This document shows positions 1 through 8,097 of a DNA stretch of 57,893 nucleotides, piece by piece (position 1 is the stretch's first letter; each line of letters opens with the position of its first letter). The stretch comes from Verrucomicrobiota bacterium (GTDB taxonomy: Bacteria; Verrucomicrobiota; Verrucomicrobiia; Opitutales; Seribacteraceae). The notes beneath the pieces are model-generated. The model worked only from the letters and a program-made list of their open reading frames with translations, did no database searches and was not told the origin of the DNA. The DNA lies in assembly GCA_027622665.1 (NCBI GenBank), contig JAQBYT010000023.1:1-57893 (forward strand), given 5' to 3'. Position numbers and translations under genes: made by a program.

Positions 1-250
1 CCACCGCATCGCCCCGGCATCCCGCATCACGCCTCAGACTGGATTGCCACGTCAGTTCTCTTCGAGACCTTCCTCGCAATGACAGCACTGGGCCAGGCAT
101 CCGAAAACTGAGACGAACCACCCCGCCCATTCACTCCACACCTTGTCATTGCGAGGAGCGCAGCGACGCGGCAATCCAGCGGACCGCGTCCGGCATCCCG
201 CATCACGACCCAGACTGGATTGCCACGCCCTGCCGGGCTCGCAATGACAA
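1..250. repeat. REP-like palindromic repeat cluster 1 (right arm 39-84, left arm 143-179, right arm 215-250)
   Basis: Left arm TTGTCATTGCGAG...GGCAATCCAG and right arm CTGGATTGCC...CTCGCAATGACAA are reverse complements, so 143-250 forms a long hairpin. Resembles CGTC/TGTC-tagged REP families. Confidence 0.9.
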
Positions 251-281
251 GCGTGCGTGTGGTGCGTAGGGCAGCGGTGCC

Positions 282-310
282 TTGACCGTCTTGAGCGAAG
301 GCGCTAGGCT
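282..310 (+). promoter_or_regulatory. sigma70-type promoter for hicBA, probably leaderless
   Basis: TTGACC (282-287), 17-nt spacer, TAGGCT (305-310); ATG 6 nt later at 317; no SD. Confidence 0.6.
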
Positions 311-316
311 ACGAGC

Positions 317-535
317 ATGAAATTGACTGCAGTCATATATCCCGGGGAGATGGAAGGCGTTTTCGTGGCCTACAACCCGGAGACCGGCACCACCACTCAG
401 GGAACCGACAGGGAGGATGCCTTGGGCAACCTGCGCGAGGCTACCACCCTATACGTGGAGGAGTTTCCGGAGTTGGCTAGAAGGGGCATTGATACGACCT
501 TGGCGAGTTTCGAGGTAGACCCGGCTCATGCCTAA
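317..535 (+). CDS. hicB: HicB-family antitoxin, short form without a DNA-binding domain
   Basis: 72 aa with the HicB pattern FVAYNPE..TTTQG.DREDALGNLREATTLY; overlaps hicA (ATGCCTAA). Confidence 0.85.
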   Translation: MKLTAVIYPGEMEGVFVAYNPETGTTTQGTDREDALGNLREATTLYVEEFPELARRGIDTTLASFEVDPAHA

Positions 536-758
536 ACTGCCTGTCGTCTCGGGCAAGGAGACCCGGGAGGCTTTGGAACAATTGGGGTTTCGTTTTGTGC
601 GTCAGCGTGGTTCGCACGTCGTTTTGCGGAAGGAAACGAAATCGGGTTCGGTGGGGTGCGTGGTACCGATGCACCGGGAACTGGATCGCGGTACGCTTCG
701 GGGTATCCTGAGGCAGGCGGGCGTGGATCCCGATGATTTTACAGCGGTTCTGAAGTAA
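528..758 (+). CDS. hicA: HicA-family mRNA interferase toxin
   Basis: MPKLPVVSGKE..ALEQLGF..VRQRGSHVVL...VVPMHRELDRGTLRGILRQAG; catalytic GSH motif present. Confidence 0.92.
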   Translation: MPKLPVVSGKETREALEQLGFRFVRQRGSHVVLRKETKSGSVGCVVPMHRELDRGTLRGILRQAGVDPDDFTAVLK

Positions 759-832
759 GGGAGTCACGGACGAGGCGACAGAAGAGGGCGGACGAAAACT
801 GGGACAAGCCAGAACGCCCACCACTTTCCCCG

Positions 833-1065
833 TTGTCATTGAAGGAGGGGCAAAGCCCCGACATGGCAATCCAGCGGAACCATTGTGCAACCCCCGCATC
901 GCCCCGGCATCCCGCATGACGCCTCAGACTGGATTGCCACGCCCTGACGGGCTCGCAATGACAGCGTGGGGTGATACGCCCGAAAACCTGAGACGAACCC
1001 ACCTCGGCCATTCCCGTCCCCTTTTTGTCATTGCGAGGAGGGGTAGCCCCGACGCGGCAATCCAG
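833..1065. repeat. REP-like palindromic repeat cluster 2 (left arm 833-874, right arm 929-963, left arm 1025-1065)
   Basis: Same arms as cluster 1; about 891-1065 is a diverged direct repeat of about 1-179, including the spacers. Confidence 0.9.
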
Positions 1066-1143
1066 CGAGAGCGTCCCATGCCGTCCGCCACGGTAATCCC
1101 ACGTAACCACCAAGTCACGTACTTCCTTTCATTTGAAAAGCAC

Positions 1144-1173
1144 TTGACCGTATGCCTTAAAGGCATCCATAAT
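1144..1173 (+). promoter_or_regulatory. promoter of the brnT operon with an internal operator palindrome
   Basis: TTGACC (1144-1149), 18 nt, CATAAT (1168-1173); perfect inverted repeat ATGCCTT-A-AAGGCAT (1152-1166) in the spacer; ATG at 1182. Confidence 0.7.
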
Positions 1174-1181
1174 GTAGGGGT

Positions 1182-1466
1182 ATGATCTTTGATTGGGATC
1201 CGGAGAAAAACGAATGGCTGAAGAAGGAGAGAGGTATCTCCTTTGAGGATATTGCGTTGCTTCTCTCCGCGGGGAAGCTCTGGAAGACGACTCAGCATCC
1301 CAACCGGAAGAAGTATCCGAAGCAGAAGTTTTTTTTAGTTCCCGTCGACGGGTATGTTTACTTTGTTCCCTACGTGACGGAGGGAGAGGTGATCTTTCTC
1401 AAGACAGCGTTTCCTCATCGGCAAGCGACTCGGGATTATCTCAAGGAAAGGAAAGAAAATGAATAA
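1182..1466 (+). CDS. brnT: BrnT-family ribonuclease toxin
   Basis: FDWDPEKNEWLKKERGISFED...HPN..KYP.Q...YVYFVPYV...IFLKTAFP; typical BrnT-like sequence. Confidence 0.85.
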   Translation: MIFDWDPEKNEWLKKERGISFEDIALLLSAGKLWKTTQHPNRKKYPKQKFFLVPVDGYVYFVPYVTEGEVIFLKTAFPHRQATRDYLKERKENE

Positions 1467-1755
1467 GGAAGAAAAAATTCTATCGGATGCCTATGATCGC
1501 GAGAAACTCAAGCTGGAGGATCCCTCGGACGAGTTGTTGCAGATGCTCGCCGAGGCGGGCGAAAATACCTTTAGGAAGGACAAGCGCATCAACGTGCGCT
1601 TGAGTAGTCACGACCTCATCGGCATCCAGCGAAAAGCCGCCCAAAAGGGAATTCCCTACCAGAGCTTGATTTCGGGCCTGATCCACCAGTACGTCGAGGG
1701 CGACCTAGTGGAGGAACCGGGTTCCCGGTACGGCAAAGGAAAAGGGAAGGACTGA
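1459..1755 (+). CDS. BrnA/CopG-like ribbon-helix-helix antitoxin
   Basis: C-terminal KDKRINVRLS..DL..IQ.KA...GIPYQSLI RHH motif; overlaps brnT by 8 nt. Confidence 0.85.
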   Translation: MNKEEKILSDAYDREKLKLEDPSDELLQMLAEAGENTFRKDKRINVRLSSHDLIGIQRKAAQKGIPYQSLISGLIHQYVEGDLVEEPGSRYGKGKGKD

Positions 1756-1781
1756 GCGTTCGCTGCGGGAGGATAGGGCGG

Positions 1782-1974
1782 GGCATCCCGCGCCACGCTG
1801 TGGTTTGCAAGGACAGCGTGGAGGGATACGCCCGAAAACCGGGCCGCGCACCACCACCACGCCTGGCACTTCCCCACCTTTGTCATTGCGAGGAGGGGCC
1901 AAAAGCCCCGACGTGGCAATCCAGCCGAACCACCCCGCCCGCCATCTTACAAGAGTGTAACGGTTTGCAAGGAC
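1782..1974. repeat. REP-like cluster 3 (degenerate right arm about 1792-1815, left arm 1880-1924, degenerate right-arm end 1962-1974)
   Basis: TTGTCATTGCGAGGAGGGG..CCCCGACGTGGCAATCCAG at 1880; spacer GATACGCCCGAAAACC shared with 973-988; GGTTTGCAAGGAC occurs at both 1802 and 1962. Confidence 0.8.
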
Positions 1975-2045
1975 TCCAATCGTGAAAGTTTTCCTTTTGT
2001 GTTCTTGCCCGTCCCGTGCAACGTTTCATCTTTTCCAATCTGGCT

Positions 2046-2258
2046 ATGAGACGGAAAATCAAGGGATACATTTTTCAATTCACGAGTGCAGACCATGACG
2101 GTCGGCACGTTCACGTTTATCGAGACAATTGCGAAATCGGCGTCTACGACAAGGTGGCCGGCCCCATACGTGGTTTGGAAAAGAAATGGAATGGGGAGTT
2201 GCGCGAAGCGATGAATGAGTTTATTAAAGAGCTTAATGAATGTGGTTATTTCCAGTGA
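2046..2258 (+). CDS. DUF4160-like small protein, putative TA component
   Basis: GYIFQFTSADHDGRHVHVY matches the DUF4160-type G.F.F.S.(E/D)H..xHVHV motif; start placed at the ATG at 2046. Confidence 0.65.
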   Translation: MRRKIKGYIFQFTSADHDGRHVHVYRDNCEIGVYDKVAGPIRGLEKKWNGELREAMNEFIKELNECGYFQ

Positions 2259-2496
2259 GCCCCGGGTAGCGGATCGGACGTGGTACGATGCCGCGACAGG
2301 CTTGCTCTACGTAGAGGCGGGCGGTTTGGCCGGGTCGCTGCGTTTGGCGGATTTGCCCGAGGAGGATTTCGAGTCCAAGGCTCCCTTGAGCGGTTTTGCG
2401 CTCGGGCAATCCGGAAGCGTGGTCGTGTGTCGCCATGAAGACGGTGAGGAAACTTGGTTTCCCGTCGACATGTGGTGGGAACGCCTCCCAAGTTGA
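2236..2496 (+). CDS. small acidic partner of the DUF4160-like gene, at the position usually held by DUF2442
   Basis: Overlaps the upstream gene by 23 nt; beta-rich and acidic, ending WFPVDMWW; family not recognised with confidence. Confidence 0.55.
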   Translation: MNVVISSEPRVADRTWYDAATGLLYVEAGGLAGSLRLADLPEEDFESKAPLSGFALGQSGSVVVCRHEDGEETWFPVDMWWERLPS

Positions 2497-2519
2497 ACTG
2501 ATTCGTCGTTAGGGGCCGA

Positions 2520-2553
2520 CTGGATTGCCATGTCCCGACAGGTTCGCAAGGAT
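2520..2553. repeat. degenerate REP right arm closing the array
   Basis: CTGGATTGCCATGTCCCGACAGGTTCGCAAGGAT, compared with consensus CTGGATTGCCACGCCCTGACGGGCTCGCAATGAC. Confidence 0.75.
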
Positions 2554-2622
2554 TACCCAATCGCCGGGGCTTCTTGCCAGTAAGCATAGCGTTCCACCGA
2601 GGCCCCGCCTGCGGGTGTAGTC

Positions 2623-2641
2623 GTGGCGCTTCGCAGGTTTT
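2623..2641 (+). repeat. 19-nt motif upstream of DUF1501 copy 1 (second copy at 4091-4109)
   Basis: GTGGCGCTTCGCAGGTTTT is identical at both sites. Confidence 0.8.
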
Positions 2642-2705
2642 TGATGGCTGTGAGTCGGGTGTGTTTTCCTTGCCCGCGGACGATTTTTTTTACAAGATTC
2701 GTAGT

Positions 2706-4073
2706 ATGTTGGAAGTCGAGGGCAGGGGAACCGGAAGTTTTTGCGATGGCGTGAGCCGACGGGATTTTCTTCGCGTGGGTTCCCTTGGTATGGGCGGATT
2801 GAGCCTGCCACAGCTTCTGCAGGCCGAAAAGGCGGCGGGAGTGGGAAGCTCGAACAAGGCGATCATCATGGTGTATATGGCGGGAGCGCCGCCGCATCAG
2901 GATTTGATCGACCCGAAGCCGGACGCCCCCAAGGAGGTGCGGAGCGAGTTCGGTCCCATTCCGACCAACGTAACGGGCATTCACATAAACGAATCGCTGC
3001 CCATGATGGCCAAGGTCATGGACAAGTGGACCGGGATTCGCTCGTTGGTGGGCGCCCCGGGAGGCAGTCACGACTCTTTCATGTGCTACACGGGCCGCGC
3101 GGGTTCGTTCTTTTTTGGTAAAAACGGGGGCAAGGCGCCTCCGGGCAATTGGCCGAGCATCGGTTCCAACGTTTCCAAGTTGATGGGACCGCTGACGCCG
3201 GGCATTCCCGCTTTCGTGGGATTGGCCCCCAAGGCCGGGCATCCGCCCTACGGTTCACCGGGGGAATGCGGTTTTCTTGGAGATGCCCACGGTCCTTTTC
3301 GCCCTTCCGGTCCCGCTCGGGCGGACATGGATCCGAAACCGGTGGGAGCCGGACGGATAGGGCGGCGAAAATCCTTGCTTGCGGGTTTTGATCACTTTCG
3401 CCGAAACCTTGATTTCGGCAACGACGTGGAGCAGATGGACGCCTTTACCCAACAGGCTTTCGGGGTGTTGACCTCCTCCCGTTTGAGCGAGGCGCTGGAC
3501 TTGGACAAGGAAGACCCCAAAATTCGCGAGCGCTATGGCAAGGGCGATCCCAAGAACTTCGGGGATGGAGCTCCCCGCAACAACGAGCATTTTCTTATGG
3601 CCAGACGCCTGGTGGAGGCTGGAGCCCGCGTGGTGACCCTGAATTTCGGTCGCTGGGACTTTCACTCCAATAACACTGCCGGAGTCAAGGGGCACGCTTC
3701 CATATTCGATCGCGGTTTGAGTGCCTTGATCGAAGATTTGCACGACCGCGGTCTGTCGAACGACGTCGCGGTGGTGGCATGGGGCGAGTTCGGACGTACG
3801 CCCAAGATCAACAACAAGGCTGGTCGCGATCACTGGCCTCAAGTCGGTTGCGGTTTCGTGGCGGGCGGGGGCATGAACCACGGTCAAATGATCGGTGCTA
3901 CCGATGCCTCGGCTTCGGAACCCACGGATAGACCCGTGCATTACGGCGAGGTGCACGCCACGCTATACGAGCATTTAGGCATAAATCCCTCTTCCGTAAC
4001 GGTTAAAGACCTTTCGGGTCGGCCCCACTACTTGGTGGACGGCTGGAATTCCTTGCCCGAACTGGTGGGGTAG
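2706..4073 (+). CDS. DUF1501 protein with Tat-like signal, copy 1
   Basis: FCDGVSRRDFLRVG, GAPPHQDLIDPKPDAP, ARRLVEAGAR, WDFH, WGEFGRTPKIN..GRDHW; start set at ATG 2706 by comparison with copy 2. Confidence 0.92.
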   Translation: MLEVEGRGTGSFCDGVSRRDFLRVGSLGMGGLSLPQLLQAEKAAGVGSSNKAIIMVYMAGAPPHQDLIDPKPDAPKEVRSEFGPIPTNVTGIHINESLPMMAKVMDKWTGIRSLVGAPGGSHDSFMCYTGRAGSFFFGKNGGKAPPGNWPSIGSNVSKLMGPLTPGIPAFVGLAPKAGHPPYGSPGECGFLGDAHGPFRPSGPARADMDPKPVGAGRIGRRKSLLAGFDHFRRNLDFGNDVEQMDAFTQQAFGVLTSSRLSEALDLDKEDPKIRERYGKGDPKNFGDGAPRNNEHFLMARRLVEAGARVVTLNFGRWDFHSNNTAGVKGHASIFDRGLSALIEDLHDRGLSNDVAVVAWGEFGRTPKINNKAGRDHWPQVGCGFVAGGGMNHGQMIGATDASASEPTDRPVHYGEVHATLYEHLGINPSSVTVKDLSGRPHYLVDGWNSLPELVG

Positions 4074-4090
4074 GAAGCGAGCGTCGTGGT

Positions 4091-4109
4091 GTGGCGCTTC
4101 GCAGGTTTT
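4091..4109 (+). repeat. 19-nt motif upstream of DUF1501 copy 2
   Basis: Identical to 2623-2641. Confidence 0.8.
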
Positions 4110-4218
4110 CAAGGGCATTTCCCTGGACGGTAAAAGATTGTCCCAAACAGGTGACTGTGCTCTATTGTTCTATATAACAGTTTCGCGCGCGGCCTAAATT
4201 TCAACTAAAGTCAGTACC

Positions 4219-5508
4219 ATGATAACGTTAACCGAAGGGAAGAGATCTAGTTTTTGTGATGGAGTTTCGCGGCGGGATTTTTTGAAGGTAGGCGGCTTGG
4301 GGATGGGTGGCATGAGCCTACCGGGATTGCTGCAGGCAGAAAACGAATTGGGAACGGGTTCCTCGCAGAAGTCGGTGATCATGGTTTTTCTGGCCGGCGG
4401 GCCTTCCCATCTGGACACCTTCGACTTGAAGGAGGATGCTCCGTCCGAGGTTCGCGGTGAGTTCGCTTCCATTCCGACTAATGTTTCGGGCATCAGAATC
4501 AGCGAATATCTTCCGGGGATAGCGAAGCAAATGGACCAGTGCTCCATAATACGCTCGATTGCCGATACGGTGAACAACCACAGCTCCTACCATTGCATGA
4601 CGGGTAGAGCGAAGAATGGACCGCAACCCGTTGGGGGCTGGCCTTCTATCGGTTCTGTGGTTTCGAAGGTGCAAGGCGACCACATGGGTACCCCGGGTTA
4701 TGTCGACATGGGAGGCGGAATAAAAAGCGGAGGCTTCCTCGGCACGACTCATGCAGGCTTCAGCAGCGGAGGTAAGGGTCGTTACGATATGGCCAAGCAA
4801 TCCAACATGAAGGAAATTCGCTACGCTTCCCGCAAGGGCTTGTTGCAAAATTTCGACCGTTTTCGACGCGATTGCGATGCAACAGGCATGATGAACGGTT
4901 TCGACGCCTTCAATCGGCAAGCTTTCAACATCATCACCTCCGAGAGGCTTGCCAAGGCTCTCGACTTGAAGAACGAGGAAGCCAAGACGGTCAAACGTTA
5001 CGGCAACGACTGCAAGAGTTTCCTCTTGGCCCGCAGGGTAGTGGAGGCTGGCGCCCGTTTCGTTACGCTGACCACCGGCGGATGGGATACGCACAACGAT
5101 AATTTCAACAAGCTTCGCGATAAGAACTTGCCTATCCTCGACAAGGGGGTGTCCAACTTGATTCAAGACCTTCGGGATCGCTCCATGCTGGACGACGTGA
5201 CGGTGATCGTTTGGGGCGAGTTCGGACGGACCCCGAAGATAAACAGCAAAGGAGGTAGAGATCACTGGAGCAAGGTGATGTCCGTGCTTCTTGCCGGAGG
5301 CGGCATGAACAACGGCCAAGTCATTGGCGCTTCCGACCCGAAGGGCGGCGAACCCGCGGACCGACCCGTGTACTTGGGCGAGGTTTTCGCCACTTTGTAC
5401 CGGAGCGTCGGTATCGATGTTTCGGAGGAACAATTGCAGGATCTTTCCGGAAGGCCCCAATACCTTGTCGACAATGGCTTGAGAGCACTTCCCGAGCTTG
5501 TCGGTTAA
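4219..5508 (+). CDS. DUF1501 protein, copy 2
   Basis: SRRDFLKVG, GGPSHLDTFDLK, GWDTH, WGEFGRTPKIN..GRDHW. Confidence 0.93.
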   Translation: MITLTEGKRSSFCDGVSRRDFLKVGGLGMGGMSLPGLLQAENELGTGSSQKSVIMVFLAGGPSHLDTFDLKEDAPSEVRGEFASIPTNVSGIRISEYLPGIAKQMDQCSIIRSIADTVNNHSSYHCMTGRAKNGPQPVGGWPSIGSVVSKVQGDHMGTPGYVDMGGGIKSGGFLGTTHAGFSSGGKGRYDMAKQSNMKEIRYASRKGLLQNFDRFRRDCDATGMMNGFDAFNRQAFNIITSERLAKALDLKNEEAKTVKRYGNDCKSFLLARRVVEAGARFVTLTTGGWDTHNDNFNKLRDKNLPILDKGVSNLIQDLRDRSMLDDVTVIVWGEFGRTPKINSKGGRDHWSKVMSVLLAGGGMNNGQVIGASDPKGGEPADRPVYLGEVFATLYRSVGIDVSEEQLQDLSGRPQYLVDNGLRALPELVG

Positions 5509-5547
5509 CCTTTTTCATCCCTTTCAACCAATCCAAATAAAACATTC

Positions 5548-8046
5548 ATGAAATTTGCCCGAATTGGAATTCTTAAAGCGGTTTCCTTGCTTATCGCTTC
5601 CACTTTCGCTAATGCCGCCGGATTAGGCGAAGCCGAAAAAATCACCCTCGGGTTTTCTGCCTTCGACGGAGACGCTATTTCCTTGAAGGGTATAGACGCT
5701 CGTCGGCAGTTGGTCATTACGGGTTTATTCTCGGATGGAAATGAGCGAGACCTTTCTCGCAAGGTGAAATACTCTTCGGAACCCGCCGGTGTCGTGGCCA
5801 TTGATGCAACGGGCTGGGTGAGCCCTGTAAAGGACGGGAAGACCAAAATCACCGTTGTGGCCAAGGGCGGAGCCACCGCCGCAGCGGAGATAACGGTTGA
5901 GGAGTCCGGTACCATTCAGCGGATCAATTTTCCCAATGAAATCACTCCTTTGTTCAGCAAGTATGGCTGCAACGGTGGTGGTTGCCACGGAAAGTCGGGA
6001 GGCCAAAATGGTTTTCGTCTTTCGCTCCTTGGTTTCGAGCCGCAAGAGGATTTCGAATACATCGTCAAGGAAGCTCGAGGGCGTCGCGTATTTCCGGCAG
6101 CTCCAGACCGTAGTTTGCTGCTTACCAAAGCGATTAACGACTCACCTCATGGCGGAGGAGCTAGGATTGAGAAGGGTTCGCTCGATTATCGGCTCATCCA
6201 TTCGTGGATAGCCCAAGGAATGCCTTACGGAAAACCCGATGATCCCACTCTCGAGAGTATCGCCGTTTTCCCCAAGGTCCGCATTATGGATATGGAAGGG
6301 GAGCAGCAGCTCGTAGTCACCGCCAAATATTCCGACGGCACGATGAAGGACGTCACTCGTTCCTCTGTCTACGAGGCGAACGACGAGGAGGTGGGCGAAG
6401 TGGATGAAAACGCTCATGTTGCCGTGTTCGAACAACCTGGGGACTTGGGCGTAATGATTCGCTACCAAGACAAGGTGGCGGTCTTTCGTGCAGTCGTGCC
6501 TCTCGGAGCTCCCGTGGATAATCTTCCCCCGGCTCGCAATTACGTGGATGAGTTTGTCTTCGCCAAGCTGAAAGCCGTGGGCATGCCTCCCTCTGAAATC
6601 TGCGACGATTCCACCTTCATTCGCCGGGTATCGATCGATGTCGGTGGTCGCTTGCCCACTCCCGAAGAGACCAAGGCCTTTCTTGCCGACAAGGATGCGA
6701 ACAAACGAGACAAGCTGATCGACCGATTGCTTGCCAGTACCGATTACGCGAACTTCTTTGCCAACAAGTGGTCTTCCCTCCTTCGAAACAAGCGCACCAA
6801 GACTTCCTACCAGCGAGGGAATTACGCCTTCCATGGATGGGTTCGCGACAGTTTGCACCAGAACAAGCCTTACGACCAGTTCGTTCGTGAAGTGGTGGCT
6901 GCCTCCGGTGAAATGCTTCATAACCCGGCCGTCGGCTGGTATCGCGAAGTAAAGACGGTACAAAACCAGCTCGAAGATACCGCCCAACTTTTTCTCGGTA
7001 CGAGGATTCAATGTGCCCAGTGCCATCATCATCCCTTTGAGAAGTGGAGCCAGAAGGACTATTACAAGTTGTCGGCCTTCTTTTCTCAAGTGGGACGAGC
7101 CAAGGGACGCTTGCCGGATGAGGATATTATTTTTCACAAGCGCGGCGTGGCTAAGGCCACCAACAAAAAGGACAACACTCCTGTTCAACCTGCCGGACTT
7201 GGAGCGGAATCTCCGGTGATTGCTTCTGATGATGATCCGCGACAAGCTCTCGTCGACTGGATGTCCGCCAAGGACAATCCATTTTTCGCACACACTTTCG
7301 TGAACCGCTATTGGAAGCACTTTTTCGGGCGTGGTTTAGTGGACCCCGAGGACGATATGCGCGAAACTAACCCTGCGGTGAATCCCGAACTGCTTCAGGC
7401 TCTGGCCGAAAAGTTTATTGAAAGCGGTTTCGACATGAAGGGTATAATTCGTGACCTTTGCCGATCAAAGACCTATCAGTTCAGCTCGATTCCCAACCGA
7501 TACAACGCCAAGGACAAGCATAACTTCTCTCGGCACTATCCACAGCGTCTGCAGGCAGAGGTTTTACTCGATTCGATCGATGACCTGACTGAGGTGCGCA
7601 CTGGTTTCAGTGGCCTTCCCGCTGGCACGCGAGCCACTATGCTCCCTGATAACAGCTTCAATCAGAAAAGCTATTTTCTCTCCGTGTTCGGGCGACCCGA
7701 CAACGCTAGCGCTTGCGAGTGCGAACGTTCGGGCGACGCCAGCTTGGCCCAGAGCCTTCACTTGATTAACTCCAAGGATATCCAAAGCAAGCTTACCAAT
7801 GGATCCAGTCGTGCTACAAAGTTGGCCAACGACAAGGACAAGACGGACGAGGAAAAAATCGAAGAACTCTATTATGCAGCCTTTTCCCGGGCACCCAAAG
7901 AAGGGGAATTGAAAATGGCCGTGAATTACGTTAATAGAGAAATTGAGGACGATAAAGGTGTGAAAAAGCCCGTGGCGAAGAAAGAAGCCTACGAAGACGT
8001 CGTCTGGGCCCTCTTCAATACCAAGGAATTCTTATTTAATCTGTAA
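5548..8046 (+). CDS. DUF1549/DUF1553 (PSCyt2/PSD1) protein with Ig-like domains
   Basis: Signal peptide; CNGGGCHG; CAQCHHHPFEKW; VNRYWKHFFGRGLVDP; ACECERS; C-terminal WALFNTKEFLFN. Confidence 0.92.
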   Translation: MKFARIGILKAVSLLIASTFANAAGLGEAEKITLGFSAFDGDAISLKGIDARRQLVITGLFSDGNERDLSRKVKYSSEPAGVVAIDATGWVSPVKDGKTKITVVAKGGATAAAEITVEESGTIQRINFPNEITPLFSKYGCNGGGCHGKSGGQNGFRLSLLGFEPQEDFEYIVKEARGRRVFPAAPDRSLLLTKAINDSPHGGGARIEKGSLDYRLIHSWIAQGMPYGKPDDPTLESIAVFPKVRIMDMEGEQQLVVTAKYSDGTMKDVTRSSVYEANDEEVGEVDENAHVAVFEQPGDLGVMIRYQDKVAVFRAVVPLGAPVDNLPPARNYVDEFVFAKLKAVGMPPSEICDDSTFIRRVSIDVGGRLPTPEETKAFLADKDANKRDKLIDRLLASTDYANFFANKWSSLLRNKRTKTSYQRGNYAFHGWVRDSLHQNKPYDQFVREVVAASGEMLHNPAVGWYREVKTVQNQLEDTAQLFLGTRIQCAQCHHHPFEKWSQKDYYKLSAFFSQVGRAKGRLPDEDIIFHKRGVAKATNKKDNTPVQPAGLGAESPVIASDDDPRQALVDWMSAKDNPFFAHTFVNRYWKHFFGRGLVDPEDDMRETNPAVNPELLQALAEKFIESGFDMKGIIRDLCRSKTYQFSSIPNRYNAKDKHNFSRHYPQRLQAEVLLDSIDDLTEVRTGFSGLPAGTRATMLPDNSFNQKSYFLSVFGRPDNASACECERSGDASLAQSLHLINSKDIQSKLTNGSSRATKLANDKDKTDEEKIEELYYAAFSRAPKEGELKMAVNYVNREIEDDKGVKKPVAKKEAYEDVVWALFNTKEFLFNL

Positions 8047-8097
8047 GGAAATCCAACCGCAACTTTAAGAGACGGGAAGGATCTTTAGAAAAAAATT

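Noticed and set aside
477..1919. ORFs 477-917(-), 739-1113(-), 883-1185(+), 924-1298(-), 1656-1919(-)
   Set aside because: They translate the palindromic repeats (VIAR, LAMT, WQSS, CHCE) or are antisense to the TA genes.
1..2553. CRISPR array or classical integron attC array
   Set aside because: The repeats alternate in orientation, vary internally and are irregularly spaced with conserved spacers; there are no cas genes. A lone GTTAGGG at 2508 has no matching RYYYAAC, and no intI is present.
2574..2705. 44-aa N-terminal extension of DUF1501 copy 1
   Set aside because: The paralogue at 4219 aligns from ATG 2706, and the extension contains promoter-like elements.
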